Below are positions 1-7,880 of a stretch of 64,000 nucleotides of DNA, in pieces. The translations under genes and the position numbers were made by a program. Under the pieces are notes generated by a model that had not been told where the DNA came from, did no database searches, and worked only from the letters and a program-made list of their open reading frames with translations. The stretch comes from Candidatus Poribacteria bacterium. GTDB taxonomy: Bacteria > Poribacteria > WGA-4E > WGA-3G. The stretch spans positions 96,001-160,000 of the forward strand of contig OZ251518.1 of the NCBI GenBank assembly GCA_965242965.1, in the 5' to 3' direction. Position 1 is the first letter of the stretch, and each line of letters opens with the position of its first letter.

Positions 1-1215
1 CGCGGGTAGTTCTGTTAAAACGAAGTTGCGGGTTTGGAGTCCTGCGCCAATCTCCTCATATTCGCTCCCTTCCGGGAGGTTTGCTTTAGGAAACCGCCGA
101 AATTGGTTATCCTTTTCAAAATGCGCGCGGGTAAGAAAATGCTGGTAAACCTGCGCGTTTTCGTTACCGGTGAGGGGTGTTTTCGTGGCCATCCGGAGGC
201 CGCGCGCGCCGTTCCACGAAAGCCAATAGACGTTTTCGTCGGAAAAGGGATGGAAGTAGGTAGTTTCGCCGCGCGGGCGTTGCCCATAAAAAACGATTTC
301 ATCGTTGGCATCAAACCTTCCATCGCCTTCGCCGCGCACGAAGATAGGCACTTGCCGCCCTTTGTTTGACAACGTCAATGTGGCTGGCACAATAGAACCT
401 ATGTCTACGCCGGTGGCTTCCGCCAAGTCGCGTCCCGTAATGTGGTGCATGCCGCCGGCGGTGACGAGAATTTTATAGCGCGGGGTAGATACAGTCCCAG
501 CGGGACTAGCAGGCGCGCTTGGTGCCATTCCTCTTTCCAATGTTAAGCTCGTAGAGCGAGGGCTTGCGGCGCGCCACTGCTTCGCGGTTTGTGGGTTTAT
601 CAACATATTCCCGAACATCGCGTCGTAGACAGGCGATTCGGGCCGCTGAAAAGCCTGCGATGCAGCCGGCGCGCTCCCTGAGCGACGAAACTGCACCTCA
701 ACGACAAGTTTATGATAGAGGCGCGCTTCCCCTGTCGCAGGATTATACTGCACCGGATTGAGTTGAATAGGTAACACGCGGTTCTCTCGTATCCACCCCG
801 CCTTTCCGAGTTCAGCGAGATTCGCCGGGATGAAGCCGTTGCGAGGGACAACCCCTCGTCCTACGTTAGGATTTTGCGCGCTTTGCACACGGCGCGTCTT
901 GAATGCCTTTTGGACGACGCGCACCTCAAATCCAACCTCAGGCGGAACACCGATTAACGTGGATTGCATCGGTAATGGCGGAAACCTCCCTGGCACTGTC
1001 GTCAAACGACATCCGGGAAAGGAAAATGAAGGAAATTGGCTCTCCGCTTGCGTTCCAATGTGAAAATCTCTCTCGGCGATGACAAGCTGAATTGTTACGC
1101 TTTGCGGCGTAGCGCGCACCAATTCGATTTGGCCGCTCGCTTGGTTGCGCGCAGCAAACGCCGTTGTGCAAAAGAGCAATAAAATTGTCGTGAATAGAGT
1201 AACCTTGTATTTCAT
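1..1215 (-). CDS. C25 family (gingipain/PorU-like) secreted peptidase, 5' part; truncated by window edge
   Basis: Manually translated open frame from ATG at 1215 (MKYKVTLFTTILLLFCTTAFAA signal peptide). Contains IQLNPVQYNPATG (C25 propeptide-like), RYKILV..GMHHITG, VPIFV..DGRFD..DEIVFYG and DENVYWLSW. Absent from the ORF track because there is no stop in the window. Confidence 0.8.
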   Translation of the reverse strand, partial: MKYKVTLFTTILLLFCTTAFAARNQASGQIELVRATPQSVTIQLVIAERDFHIGTQAESQFPSFSFPGCRLTTVPGRFPPLPMQSTLIGVPPEVGFEVRVVQKAFKTRRVQSAQNPNVGRGVVPRNGFIPANLAELGKAGWIRENRVLPIQLNPVQYNPATGEARLYHKLVVEVQFRRSGSAPAASQAFQRPESPVYDAMFGNMLINPQTAKQWRAASPRSTSLTLERGMAPSAPASPAGTVSTPRYKILVTAGGMHHITGRDLAEATGVDIGSIVPATLTLSNKGRQVPIFVRGEGDGRFDANDEIVFYGQRPRGETTYFHPFSDENVYWLSWNGARGLRMATKTPLTGNENAQVYQHFLTRAHFEKDNQFRRFPKANLPEGSEYEEIGAGLQTRNFVLTELPA

Positions 1216-1235
1216 AGCCTGAGTCAACTTTTTCC

Positions 1236-1430
1236 GTAGGGGCATCCTATAATCCCGGAAATCTTGCCTAATCTTGAAAATCCTGCTTGGATTGCAGACG
1301 CTCGCGGGGGACAGGCCCCCGCGCTACGGTGAAAAAACTAATCCTGGAAATCCTGCTGCGATTGAAGGCACTCGCGGGGGACAGGCCCCCGCGCTACGGT
1401 GAAAAAACTAATCTTGGAAATCCTGCTTTG
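1236..1430. repeat. Intergenic repeat cluster: 70-bp unit (GTAG-REP + 9-mer AATC(C/T)TG motif) duplicated
   Basis: ctcgcgggggacaggcccccgcgctacggtgaaaaaactaatc at 1301 and 1371. Confidence 0.85.
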
Positions 1431-2028
1431 ATTGCAGGTGGTATACCTCAATTTCGCGGAGTTGCGCCATCGCCGGTTGCATCACCCGATAGTGCGGGTA
1501 ATACTGGCCGACGAGGGTTGTCCGCCTGTCTACGATTCTATCCCCCGGTTGCGTAACGATTTTATTCACGATAATATCGTCAACTGTGCGCGTGACGTTG
1601 ACGCGCAGCATCTGGGTTTGAAAGTTCAGTCTGTCAAAGACATACATCGGTTGCGCGCGTTCGCCATCAAGGTTGCGTCGTTGCACAACGGTATGGAACG
1701 TCTCCCATTCGCCTGTCTCCGCGTTCAGGTAGTCCATCTCAAACCGGAACAAGTTGCCGTTGTGGACGACAATTTTCCGAACGGGCTGCACTTCAGCGAA
1801 TCGGATGATGAAGTTCCGCTCATTTTGGGCGGGGAGCGTCGCCACGGTCTGCAGATTTCCATCGTTCAGCCCGGGGTGATTCGCTTCGGCTCCGTAGTTA
1901 GTGAGCGCGACGTTCGGGCTATACTGCGTTGATAAAACCTCTGCCATTCTGCAGGCGTTCAGTAAGAGACAGCCGCATAACAGACAGAGTAGGGACGCGA
2001 AATGGAGACGGTTTTTCCCTGTTTTCAT
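1408..2028 (-). CDS. Hypothetical lipoprotein, possible discoidin/F5-8-like fold
   Basis: 206 aa ORF; signal peptide ending LLNAC; C-terminal LREIEVY; SD GGAGG upstream. Confidence 0.65.
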   Translation of the reverse strand: MKTGKNRLHFASLLCLLCGCLLLNACRMAEVLSTQYSPNVALTNYGAEANHPGLNDGNLQTVATLPAQNERNFIIRFAEVQPVRKIVVHNGNLFRFEMDYLNAETGEWETFHTVVQRRNLDGERAQPMYVFDRLNFQTQMLRVNVTRTVDDIIVNKIVTQPGDRIVDRRTTLVGQYYPHYRVMQPAMAQLREIEVYHLQSKQDFQD

Positions 2029-2182
2029 CTTTTTCCTCCTACCCCCCTGTAGGGCAAGATCGTCTGAAGCTCTGGCACATTTGCCAAGCGATCTTGACCC
2101 GGTCGGGAGCAGGTGCTCCCGAACTATAGAGGTGAGTCATTAAGCACCTAACGATGCTAGCGTGGGTTTTTGTCCGATAACC

Positions 2183-2464
2183 CTAATCAAACGCCTCGCG
2201 AACGGCGAAAGAATCAACGATGCCCATCACGAGTTCACGGATAGGCGCGTCTTCAATACCAAAGACTTCTTGGGCAACGCCGGGGCCTGCCCCGACAATC
2301 ACCGTATCGCCTTCGCCCGCGCCGACGTAATCCACCGCTATCGTCGGTGTGCGAACCACCTCGGATTTCAGGCTGAGCGGTTGGATGAGCAGCAGCGTGC
2401 GGTTCTGATACGCCGGATGCTTCACAACTGAGACAACTTTGCCTATGACTTTCGCGAGATACAT
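2183..2464 (-). CDS. eutN: EutN/CcmL family microcompartment vertex (pentamer) protein
   Basis: MYLAKVIGKVVS..K..LLLIQP..AVDYVGAGEGDTV..MGIVD. Confidence 0.9.
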   Translation of the reverse strand: MYLAKVIGKVVSVVKHPAYQNRTLLLIQPLSLKSEVVRTPTIAVDYVGAGEGDTVIVGAGPGVAQEVFGIEDAPIRELVMGIVDSFAVREAFD

Positions 2465-2537
2465 AGTGATACCAAATTAATTGAACGTGAAACGTAATCC
2501 TGGAAATCTTGTGAATCTTGTATAATCCTGATTGGGA

Positions 2538-2819
2538 TTACTTCGCATCCTCAAGCAGCGAGACAGAATCGACAAGCCCAACGATTGCGACATCAACGGG
2601 CATCCGTTTGCCGGGGCTGACGCTCATGGCATCTCCACCTGTGACAAAGTAGACGTTCTCGCCTACGCCTGCATCCTGCAGCGTATCTACAGCGACGAGG
2701 GGCGCGGCACAAGGGTTTTCTTGCTCGTCCAAAGGTTGCACGATGAGGAGGCGTGTCCCAACGAGACTCGGGTCTTTCCGCGTTGCGACGACAGTGCCAA
2801 TCACTTTTCCTATATCCAT
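2538..2819 (-). CDS. eutN: EutN/CcmL family microcompartment vertex (pentamer) protein
   Basis: MDIGKVIGTVVATRKDPSLVG.RLLIVQP..AVD..AGVGE.V..PVDVAIVGLVD. Confidence 0.92.
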   Translation of the reverse strand: MDIGKVIGTVVATRKDPSLVGTRLLIVQPLDEQENPCAAPLVAVDTLQDAGVGENVYFVTGGDAMSVSPGKRMPVDVAIVGLVDSVSLLEDAK

Positions 2820-2856
2820 TAGTGTTATCTTCCCCGTAATTTCTTCGTATTTAAGT

Positions 2857-3101
2857 GAAGGGGTTTCATAAATCCCCGTAGGAGAGACCTCCCGGTCTCG
2901 ATTCCTGCCGCCGAGTCTCTCCTACCGGAAGGCATTGTGCCCACCTCTGTAGTTCGAGATCGCCCGATCTCGAACGGGTCAGGATCAGGCGATCCTGACC
3001 TACAGGGGTGAGGCGGTCTGACCGCCAAACGCATGGCAAGGGACAGACCCTCGCCCTATGTAAAGGGCGGCGTTTTTTACCGTAGACCCGGCAAATCCTG
3101 C
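2857..3101. repeat. Composite repeat cluster: degenerate MITE end + several GTAG hairpins
   Basis: gaaggggtttcataaatc, gtaggagagacctcccggtctcga, gtagttcgagatcgcccgatctcgaac, gtcaggatcaggcgatcctgacctac. Confidence 0.8.
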
Positions 3102-4568
3102 TCATAGTTTATACTCGCTCAATTTTGTATGGAGCGTGTTGCGGTTAATGCCGAGCAGTTCAGCGGCTTTGCTCCGATTGCCGTTGGTATGTTCCAGCAC
3201 AATGCGGAAGAGCGGTTTCTCAAAAAGCGCGCGAACATGCGCGTAAAGTTCCCCCGCACCCGCTTCCGAACCCTCCTCCAGATAACCTTCAATATAGCCG
3301 CGGAGGAGCGCGGTTACGTCTGTTATTGAATAGTCTTTGCCGACATCCGGCTGTCCATCGTGCCCGACATGCGCGAAATGTTCCGGGAGCAGCATCTGTC
3401 CCGCGCAAATAACCAGTGCGCGTTTGATGGCGTTTTCAAGCTCCCGCACGTTGCCGGGCCACTCGTAATCCGCGAGTTGCTGAAGCACCTCCGATGAGAT
3501 GCCGATGTCCGGCAGCTTGTATTCTTCAACAAAGCGGCGCGTGAACAGGGATACCAATTCCGGAATATCCTCTTTCCGTTCCCGCAGCGGCGGCAGCGCG
3601 ATAGGGACAACGTTCAAGCGATAGTAAAGGTCTTCACGAAACGTCTTTTCTTCTACAGCCTCTTCCAACCTACGGTTGGTGGCGGCGATGATACGGACGT
3701 TGACAGTGCGCCGTTCGTTAGAACCCACCGGTTCAACCTCGCGTTCTTGGAGGACACGCAGCAGTTTCATCTGCACTTGCGCGGGCAGTTCGCCGATTTC
3801 GTCAAGGAAAATAGTGCCGGTATCCGCCTGCTCAAACTTCCCTTTTCGTGAGGTGTGTGCATCAGTATACGCGCCTTTGACATGTCCGAAGAGCGCGCTC
3901 TCAATGAGACTCGGCGTTATCGCACCGCAGTCGAAAACCACGAACGGGTTATCGGCGCGCGGGCTATTCTGGTGAATTAATTGCGAGACGAGCTCTTTCC
4001 CCGTGCCGCTTTCACCCAGAATCAGCACGGTTTCATCGCTGACAGCGGCTCTGCCTACCATCTGATAGACAGCTTGCATTGCGAAACTCTGTCCGACGAG
4101 CCTTCCTTGTCTGTCAATCTCCATCGCGGACTGCGATGCGCGCTGGGTGTTGACGCTTCGGAGTGCAGACTGTGTCTGGTTCGTCGCCGAGGCGGCGCGC
4201 GCCACTAAGTCCAGAAGTGCGGTTTTGTCCACAGGCTTAGTGAGATAGCCATACGCGCGTCGCTTCGCCGCATCTATCGCCGTCTGTGTTGTGCCGTGCG
4301 CCGTGATGATAATGATAGAAGCGGTGCTGTTGAACTTCTGGATATCCGTGATGAGCTCCAGCCCATTCGCATCACCTAAAAAAATATCAAGAAGGATGAC
4401 ATCAACACTGCTTTTTTTTGCGGTGGCGAGTGTCTCTTTGCCATCGCGCGCCGTGAGCGTCTGGTAACCTGCTTTCTCTAGGACAGCGGCGAGGACGCGG
4501 CGTAGGCTATCGTCATCGTCTGCGATGAGAATCTTTGGACCGCGCGATGCGTTCGATAAGGGTTTCAT
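3102..4568 (-). CDS. NtrC-family sigma-54-dependent response regulator (REC-AAA+-Fis HTH)
   Basis: Receiver ADDDD..LLD, GESGTGKE, FLDEIGE, DLYYRLNV, WPGNVRELEN, C-terminal AAELLGINRNTL; the GAFTGA loop reads GAYTDA. Confidence 0.95.
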   Translation of the reverse strand: MKPLSNASRGPKILIADDDDSLRRVLAAVLEKAGYQTLTARDGKETLATAKKSSVDVILLDIFLGDANGLELITDIQKFNSTASIIIITAHGTTQTAIDAAKRRAYGYLTKPVDKTALLDLVARAASATNQTQSALRSVNTQRASQSAMEIDRQGRLVGQSFAMQAVYQMVGRAAVSDETVLILGESGTGKELVSQLIHQNSPRADNPFVVFDCGAITPSLIESALFGHVKGAYTDAHTSRKGKFEQADTGTIFLDEIGELPAQVQMKLLRVLQEREVEPVGSNERRTVNVRIIAATNRRLEEAVEEKTFREDLYYRLNVVPIALPPLRERKEDIPELVSLFTRRFVEEYKLPDIGISSEVLQQLADYEWPGNVRELENAIKRALVICAGQMLLPEHFAHVGHDGQPDVGKDYSITDVTALLRGYIEGYLEEGSEAGAGELYAHVRALFEKPLFRIVLEHTNGNRSKAAELLGINRNTLHTKLSEYKL

Positions 4569-4582
4569 AAATTCCTCACGTT

Positions 4583-4802
4583 TTAGGAGCAGGATTTCCG
4601 AGCAGGATTTACAGGATTATCAAGATTTACAAGATTTCGCAGGATTTCCAATAATTTGTGATATTTTAGCATAAAATGCGATTTTTTGTCAAATTTAGGA
4701 GCAGGATTTCCGAGCAGGATTTACAAGATTTACAAGATTTCGCAGGATTCGGTGCAGGATTTAGGAGCAGGATTTACAGGATTATCAAGATTTCGCAGGA
4801 TT
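4583..4802. repeat. Degenerate 9-bp tandem arrays (A(G/A)GATTT(A/C)C), duplicated around a promoter
   Basis: aggagcaggatttccgagcaggatttac... at about 4585, 4697 and 4763. Confidence 0.85.
4663..4692 (-). promoter_or_regulatory. Putative sigma-70 promoter for the NtrC-like gene
   Basis: TTGACA-18 nt-TAAAAT with TG extended -10. Confidence 0.5.
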
Positions 4803-4812
4803 GTGTTTAATC

Positions 4813-4840
4813 TTGCAAAAATAAAATTATGTGGTATCAT
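4813..4840 (+). promoter_or_regulatory. Putative sigma-70 promoter for the LRR gene
   Basis: TTGCAA-16 nt-TATCAT with TG extension. Confidence 0.4.
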
Positions 4841-4899
4841 TAAGGGGGAAATTGATTTTAGGTTTTTTTGACGAACGAAGGAGGGTTTTGCTTTAGTTA

Positions 4900-5100
4900 C
4901 CGTAGGGCGAGGGCCTGTCCCTCGCCGGGCGCAGGTCTTAGCAACAAACCTCCGTAGTCTCTGGTTTGCGGGCGTTTCTCGTTTTGTTTGAGAGATCGCG
5001 GGGGGAACCCTCTCGCCTGCGCGTGTGGCATGCGAGGGCCCCCGCGCTACGATAAAAAACGCCCCGTATTACCGTAGGAGGGACCTCCGGGTCCTGATAC
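4900..5100. repeat. REPIN-like inverted REP pair plus further GTAG hairpin
   Basis: gtagggcgagggcctgtccctcgcc ... cgcggggg(long loop)cccccgcgctac; spacer homologous to 7413-7537 and 10855-10978. Confidence 0.8.
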
Positions 5101-5120
5101 AGAAAAAGGAGAAATTCCAA

Positions 5121-7340
5121 ATGAAAAAATTGACGATTTTAACTTTGATCTTGGTGTTAACTGCCTTGGTGCAGTTGACTGCGCCGCCTGTGCAAGCAGA
5201 GGTTTCTATTCCGGATGCCGAGTTAGCAGCGGTTATCCGCGAAACCCTTGAGTTGCCGGCAGGTGCAGCAATCACGGCGGATGCGATGCGCAATTTAAGG
5301 GGACTTCATGCAAGTAGCCGTGGGATAGCAGATCTCACCGGGCTGGAGCATGCAGTCAACTTGGAGACGCTGAATCTCTACGACACCGATGTATCGGATG
5401 TCTCTGCGCTGGCAAACCTCACCAACTTGAAGACGCTGGTGCTTGACAGCACCGATGTATCGAATGTCTCTGCACTCGCAAACCTCACAAACTTGGAGTG
5501 GCTGGAGCTCGACAGCACCGATGTATCGGATGTCTCTGCACTCGCAAACCTTACAAACTTGGAGTGGCTGTGGCTCAACGACACCGATGTATCGGATGTC
5601 TCTGCACTCGCAAACCTTACAAACTTGGAGACGCTGAATCTCTACGACACCGATGTATCGGATGTCTCTGCACTCGCAAACCTTACAAACTTGGAGACGC
5701 TGAATCTCTACGACACCGATGTATCAAATGTCTCTGCACTGGCAACCCTCACAAACTTGGAGTGGCTGGAGCTCGACAGCACCGATGTATCGGATGTCTC
5801 TGCACTCGCAAACCTCACAAACTTGGAGTGGCTGGAGCTCGACAGCACCGATGTATCGGATGTCTCTGCACTCGCAAACCTTACAAACTTGGAGTGGCTG
5901 TGGCTCAACGACACCGATGTATCGGATGTCTCTGCACTCGCAAACCTCACAAACTTGAAGACGCTGAATCTCTACGACACCGATGTATCGGATGTCTCTG
6001 CACTCGCAAACCTTACAAACTTGAAGACGCTGAATCTCTACGACACCGATGTATCGGATGTCTCTGCACTCGCAAACCTTACAAACTTGGAGTGGCTGGA
6101 TCTCGACAGCACCGATGTATCGGATGTCTCTGCACTCGCAAACCTTACAAACTTGGAGTGGCTGGAGCTCGACAGCACCGATGTATCGGATGTCTCTGCA
6201 CTCGCAAACCTTACAAACTTGGAGTGGCTGTGGCTCAACGACACCGATGTATCGGATGTCTCTGCGCTGGCCAACCTCACAAACTTGGAGACGCTGTGGC
6301 TCGACGGCTGCCCGCTAAGTTACGCCTCCATCCACACGCATATTCCCGCCTTGCAGGCGATGGGGACACGGGTGGAATTTGACAATGTCGCGCATCCCGC
6401 CTTGTTGAAAGTTTCTGGGGATAGGCAAGAAGGCGCGGGTGCGACAGCATTGTCAAACCCTTTTGTCGTGGAGGCGATGGATGAGCGCGGTAAGCCGATA
6501 GTCGGCAGGGCAATCGAATTTGATATCCTTGGTGGCGGTGGGAGTCTCAGTGCTGAAACGGTGGAAACAGATGCACAAGGGCAAGCAGGAGTATCTCTCA
6601 CGCTTGGTAACTCTCAAGGCGCGAATAAAGTCAGGGCATCTTCGGAGGGGATTCGGTCTTGGGTGTTGTTTACTGCTGTTGGGACAGAAGAGGCTCCGCA
6701 ACTCGTCGCGGATGTGAATGGGGACGGTGTCGTCAACGTTCAGGATTTGGTGCTGGTTGCCGGTCAGTTCGGGAAAACGGGTGAGCACGTTGCGGATGTG
6801 AATGGCGATGGTGTCGTTAACATTCAGGATCTGGTGTTGGTTGCGGGTGCGTTTGGGGCGGGTGCGGCTGCACCGTCGGTGCGTGCGGTTTCGCGGGCGC
6901 GTCTTACAGTATCGGATGTGGAGGGATGGTTGATTGAAGCGCGGGGGTTGATTCGTTCGGGTTCGGGGGATGCATCGAGACCGGGAGGTCTCTCCTACGG
7001 GCGTGGGATTGCGGTGTTGGAGCGGCTGCTTGCCAGCCTCATGCCAACGGAGACGGTGCTGCTTGCGAATTATCCGAATCCGTTTAATCCGGAGACGTGG
7101 ATTCCGTATCAATTGTCGGAACCTGCCGAGGTGACGGTGACGATTTATGCGGCGAATGGTGCGGTGGTTCGGATGTTAGATATCGGGCATCGGCGTGCGG
7201 GGAGTTATGAGAGTCGAGGTCGTGCGGCGTATTGGGATGGCCGGAATGCGGCGGGTGAGTCTGTTGCAAGTGGTGTCTATTTCTATATGTTGTCGGCGGG
7301 AGAGTTTTCTGCGACGCGGAAGATGGTGATTCGGAAGTAA
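5121..7340 (+). CDS. Secreted internalin-like LRR protein with Big-1/Ig, dockerin and FlgD/T9SS-like C-terminal domain
   Basis: Start MKKLTILTL with AGGAG SD; 22-aa LRRs; DVNGDGVVN.QDLVLVA x2; LLANYPNPFNPETWIPYQL..YWDGRN..GE.VASGVYFY. The upstream extension in the ORF track is repeat-derived. Confidence 0.92.
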   Translation: MKKLTILTLILVLTALVQLTAPPVQAEVSIPDAELAAVIRETLELPAGAAITADAMRNLRGLHASSRGIADLTGLEHAVNLETLNLYDTDVSDVSALANLTNLKTLVLDSTDVSNVSALANLTNLEWLELDSTDVSDVSALANLTNLEWLWLNDTDVSDVSALANLTNLETLNLYDTDVSDVSALANLTNLETLNLYDTDVSNVSALATLTNLEWLELDSTDVSDVSALANLTNLEWLELDSTDVSDVSALANLTNLEWLWLNDTDVSDVSALANLTNLKTLNLYDTDVSDVSALANLTNLKTLNLYDTDVSDVSALANLTNLEWLDLDSTDVSDVSALANLTNLEWLELDSTDVSDVSALANLTNLEWLWLNDTDVSDVSALANLTNLETLWLDGCPLSYASIHTHIPALQAMGTRVEFDNVAHPALLKVSGDRQEGAGATALSNPFVVEAMDERGKPIVGRAIEFDILGGGGSLSAETVETDAQGQAGVSLTLGNSQGANKVRASSEGIRSWVLFTAVGTEEAPQLVADVNGDGVVNVQDLVLVAGQFGKTGEHVADVNGDGVVNIQDLVLVAGAFGAGAAAPSVRAVSRARLTVSDVEGWLIEARGLIRSGSGDASRPGGLSYGRGIAVLERLLASLMPTETVLLANYPNPFNPETWIPYQLSEPAEVTVTIYAANGAVVRMLDIGHRRAGSYESRGRAAYWDGRNAAGESVASGVYFYMLSAGEFSATRKMVIRK
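5358..6300 (+). repeat. 66-bp tandem repeat, 14 full units + partial (LRR coding)
   Basis: Near-identical unit aacttggag...gacaccgatgtatcggatgtctctgcactcgcaaacctcaca. Confidence 0.97.
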
Positions 7341-7354
7341 AAAACCGTATCCGT

Positions 7355-7845
7355 TCATCGTAGGGCGGTGGGAAAACCTGTCCCTCGCCGTGCATCGAGC
7401 CCGTCTTCTATACCGTAGGGCGAGGGCCTGTCCCTCGCCATGCACCGGTCTTAACAGGAAACGTCTGTAGTCTCTGGGTTGCGGGCGTTTTTCGCCGAGG
7501 TTGAGAGATCGCGGGGGACAGGCCCCCGCGCTACGGTAATAAAGATGATTTGCCTCGCCAAGAGATCCTAATCCTGTAAATCGTATAAATCTTGTAAATC
7601 CTGCTTCAGACAATTAAGATCGCGGGGGACAGGCCCCCACGCTACGGTAATAAAGAAGATCTTGACCCGTTCGGGAGCAGGCGCTCCCGAACTACAGTCA
7701 CTGGGGCACGCGGCAGATCGCGGGGGAAACCCGCTCGCATGCGCGTGTGGCATGCGAGGGCCCCCGCGCTACGGTAAGAAAGATGATTTGCTTCGCCAAG
7801 AGGTCCTAATCTTGTAAATCGTGTAAATCTTGGAAATCCTGCTTC
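7355..7845. repeat. Composite intergenic repeat cluster (REPs, REPIN, 9-mer arrays)
   Basis: Multiple GTAG hairpins and aatc(c/t)tgtaaatc arrays. Confidence 0.85.
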
Positions 7846-7880
7846 AGTCCGTCATCTACGTCAATACCTACGTTCTTGGT

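Noticed and set aside
5358-6300. CRISPR array or DGR variable region; alternative-frame Cys-rich ORF 5498-6382
   Set aside because: The 66-bp period is coding LRR. Variation is not adenine-specific and no reverse transcriptase is present. The alternative ORF is a shadow of the repeat.
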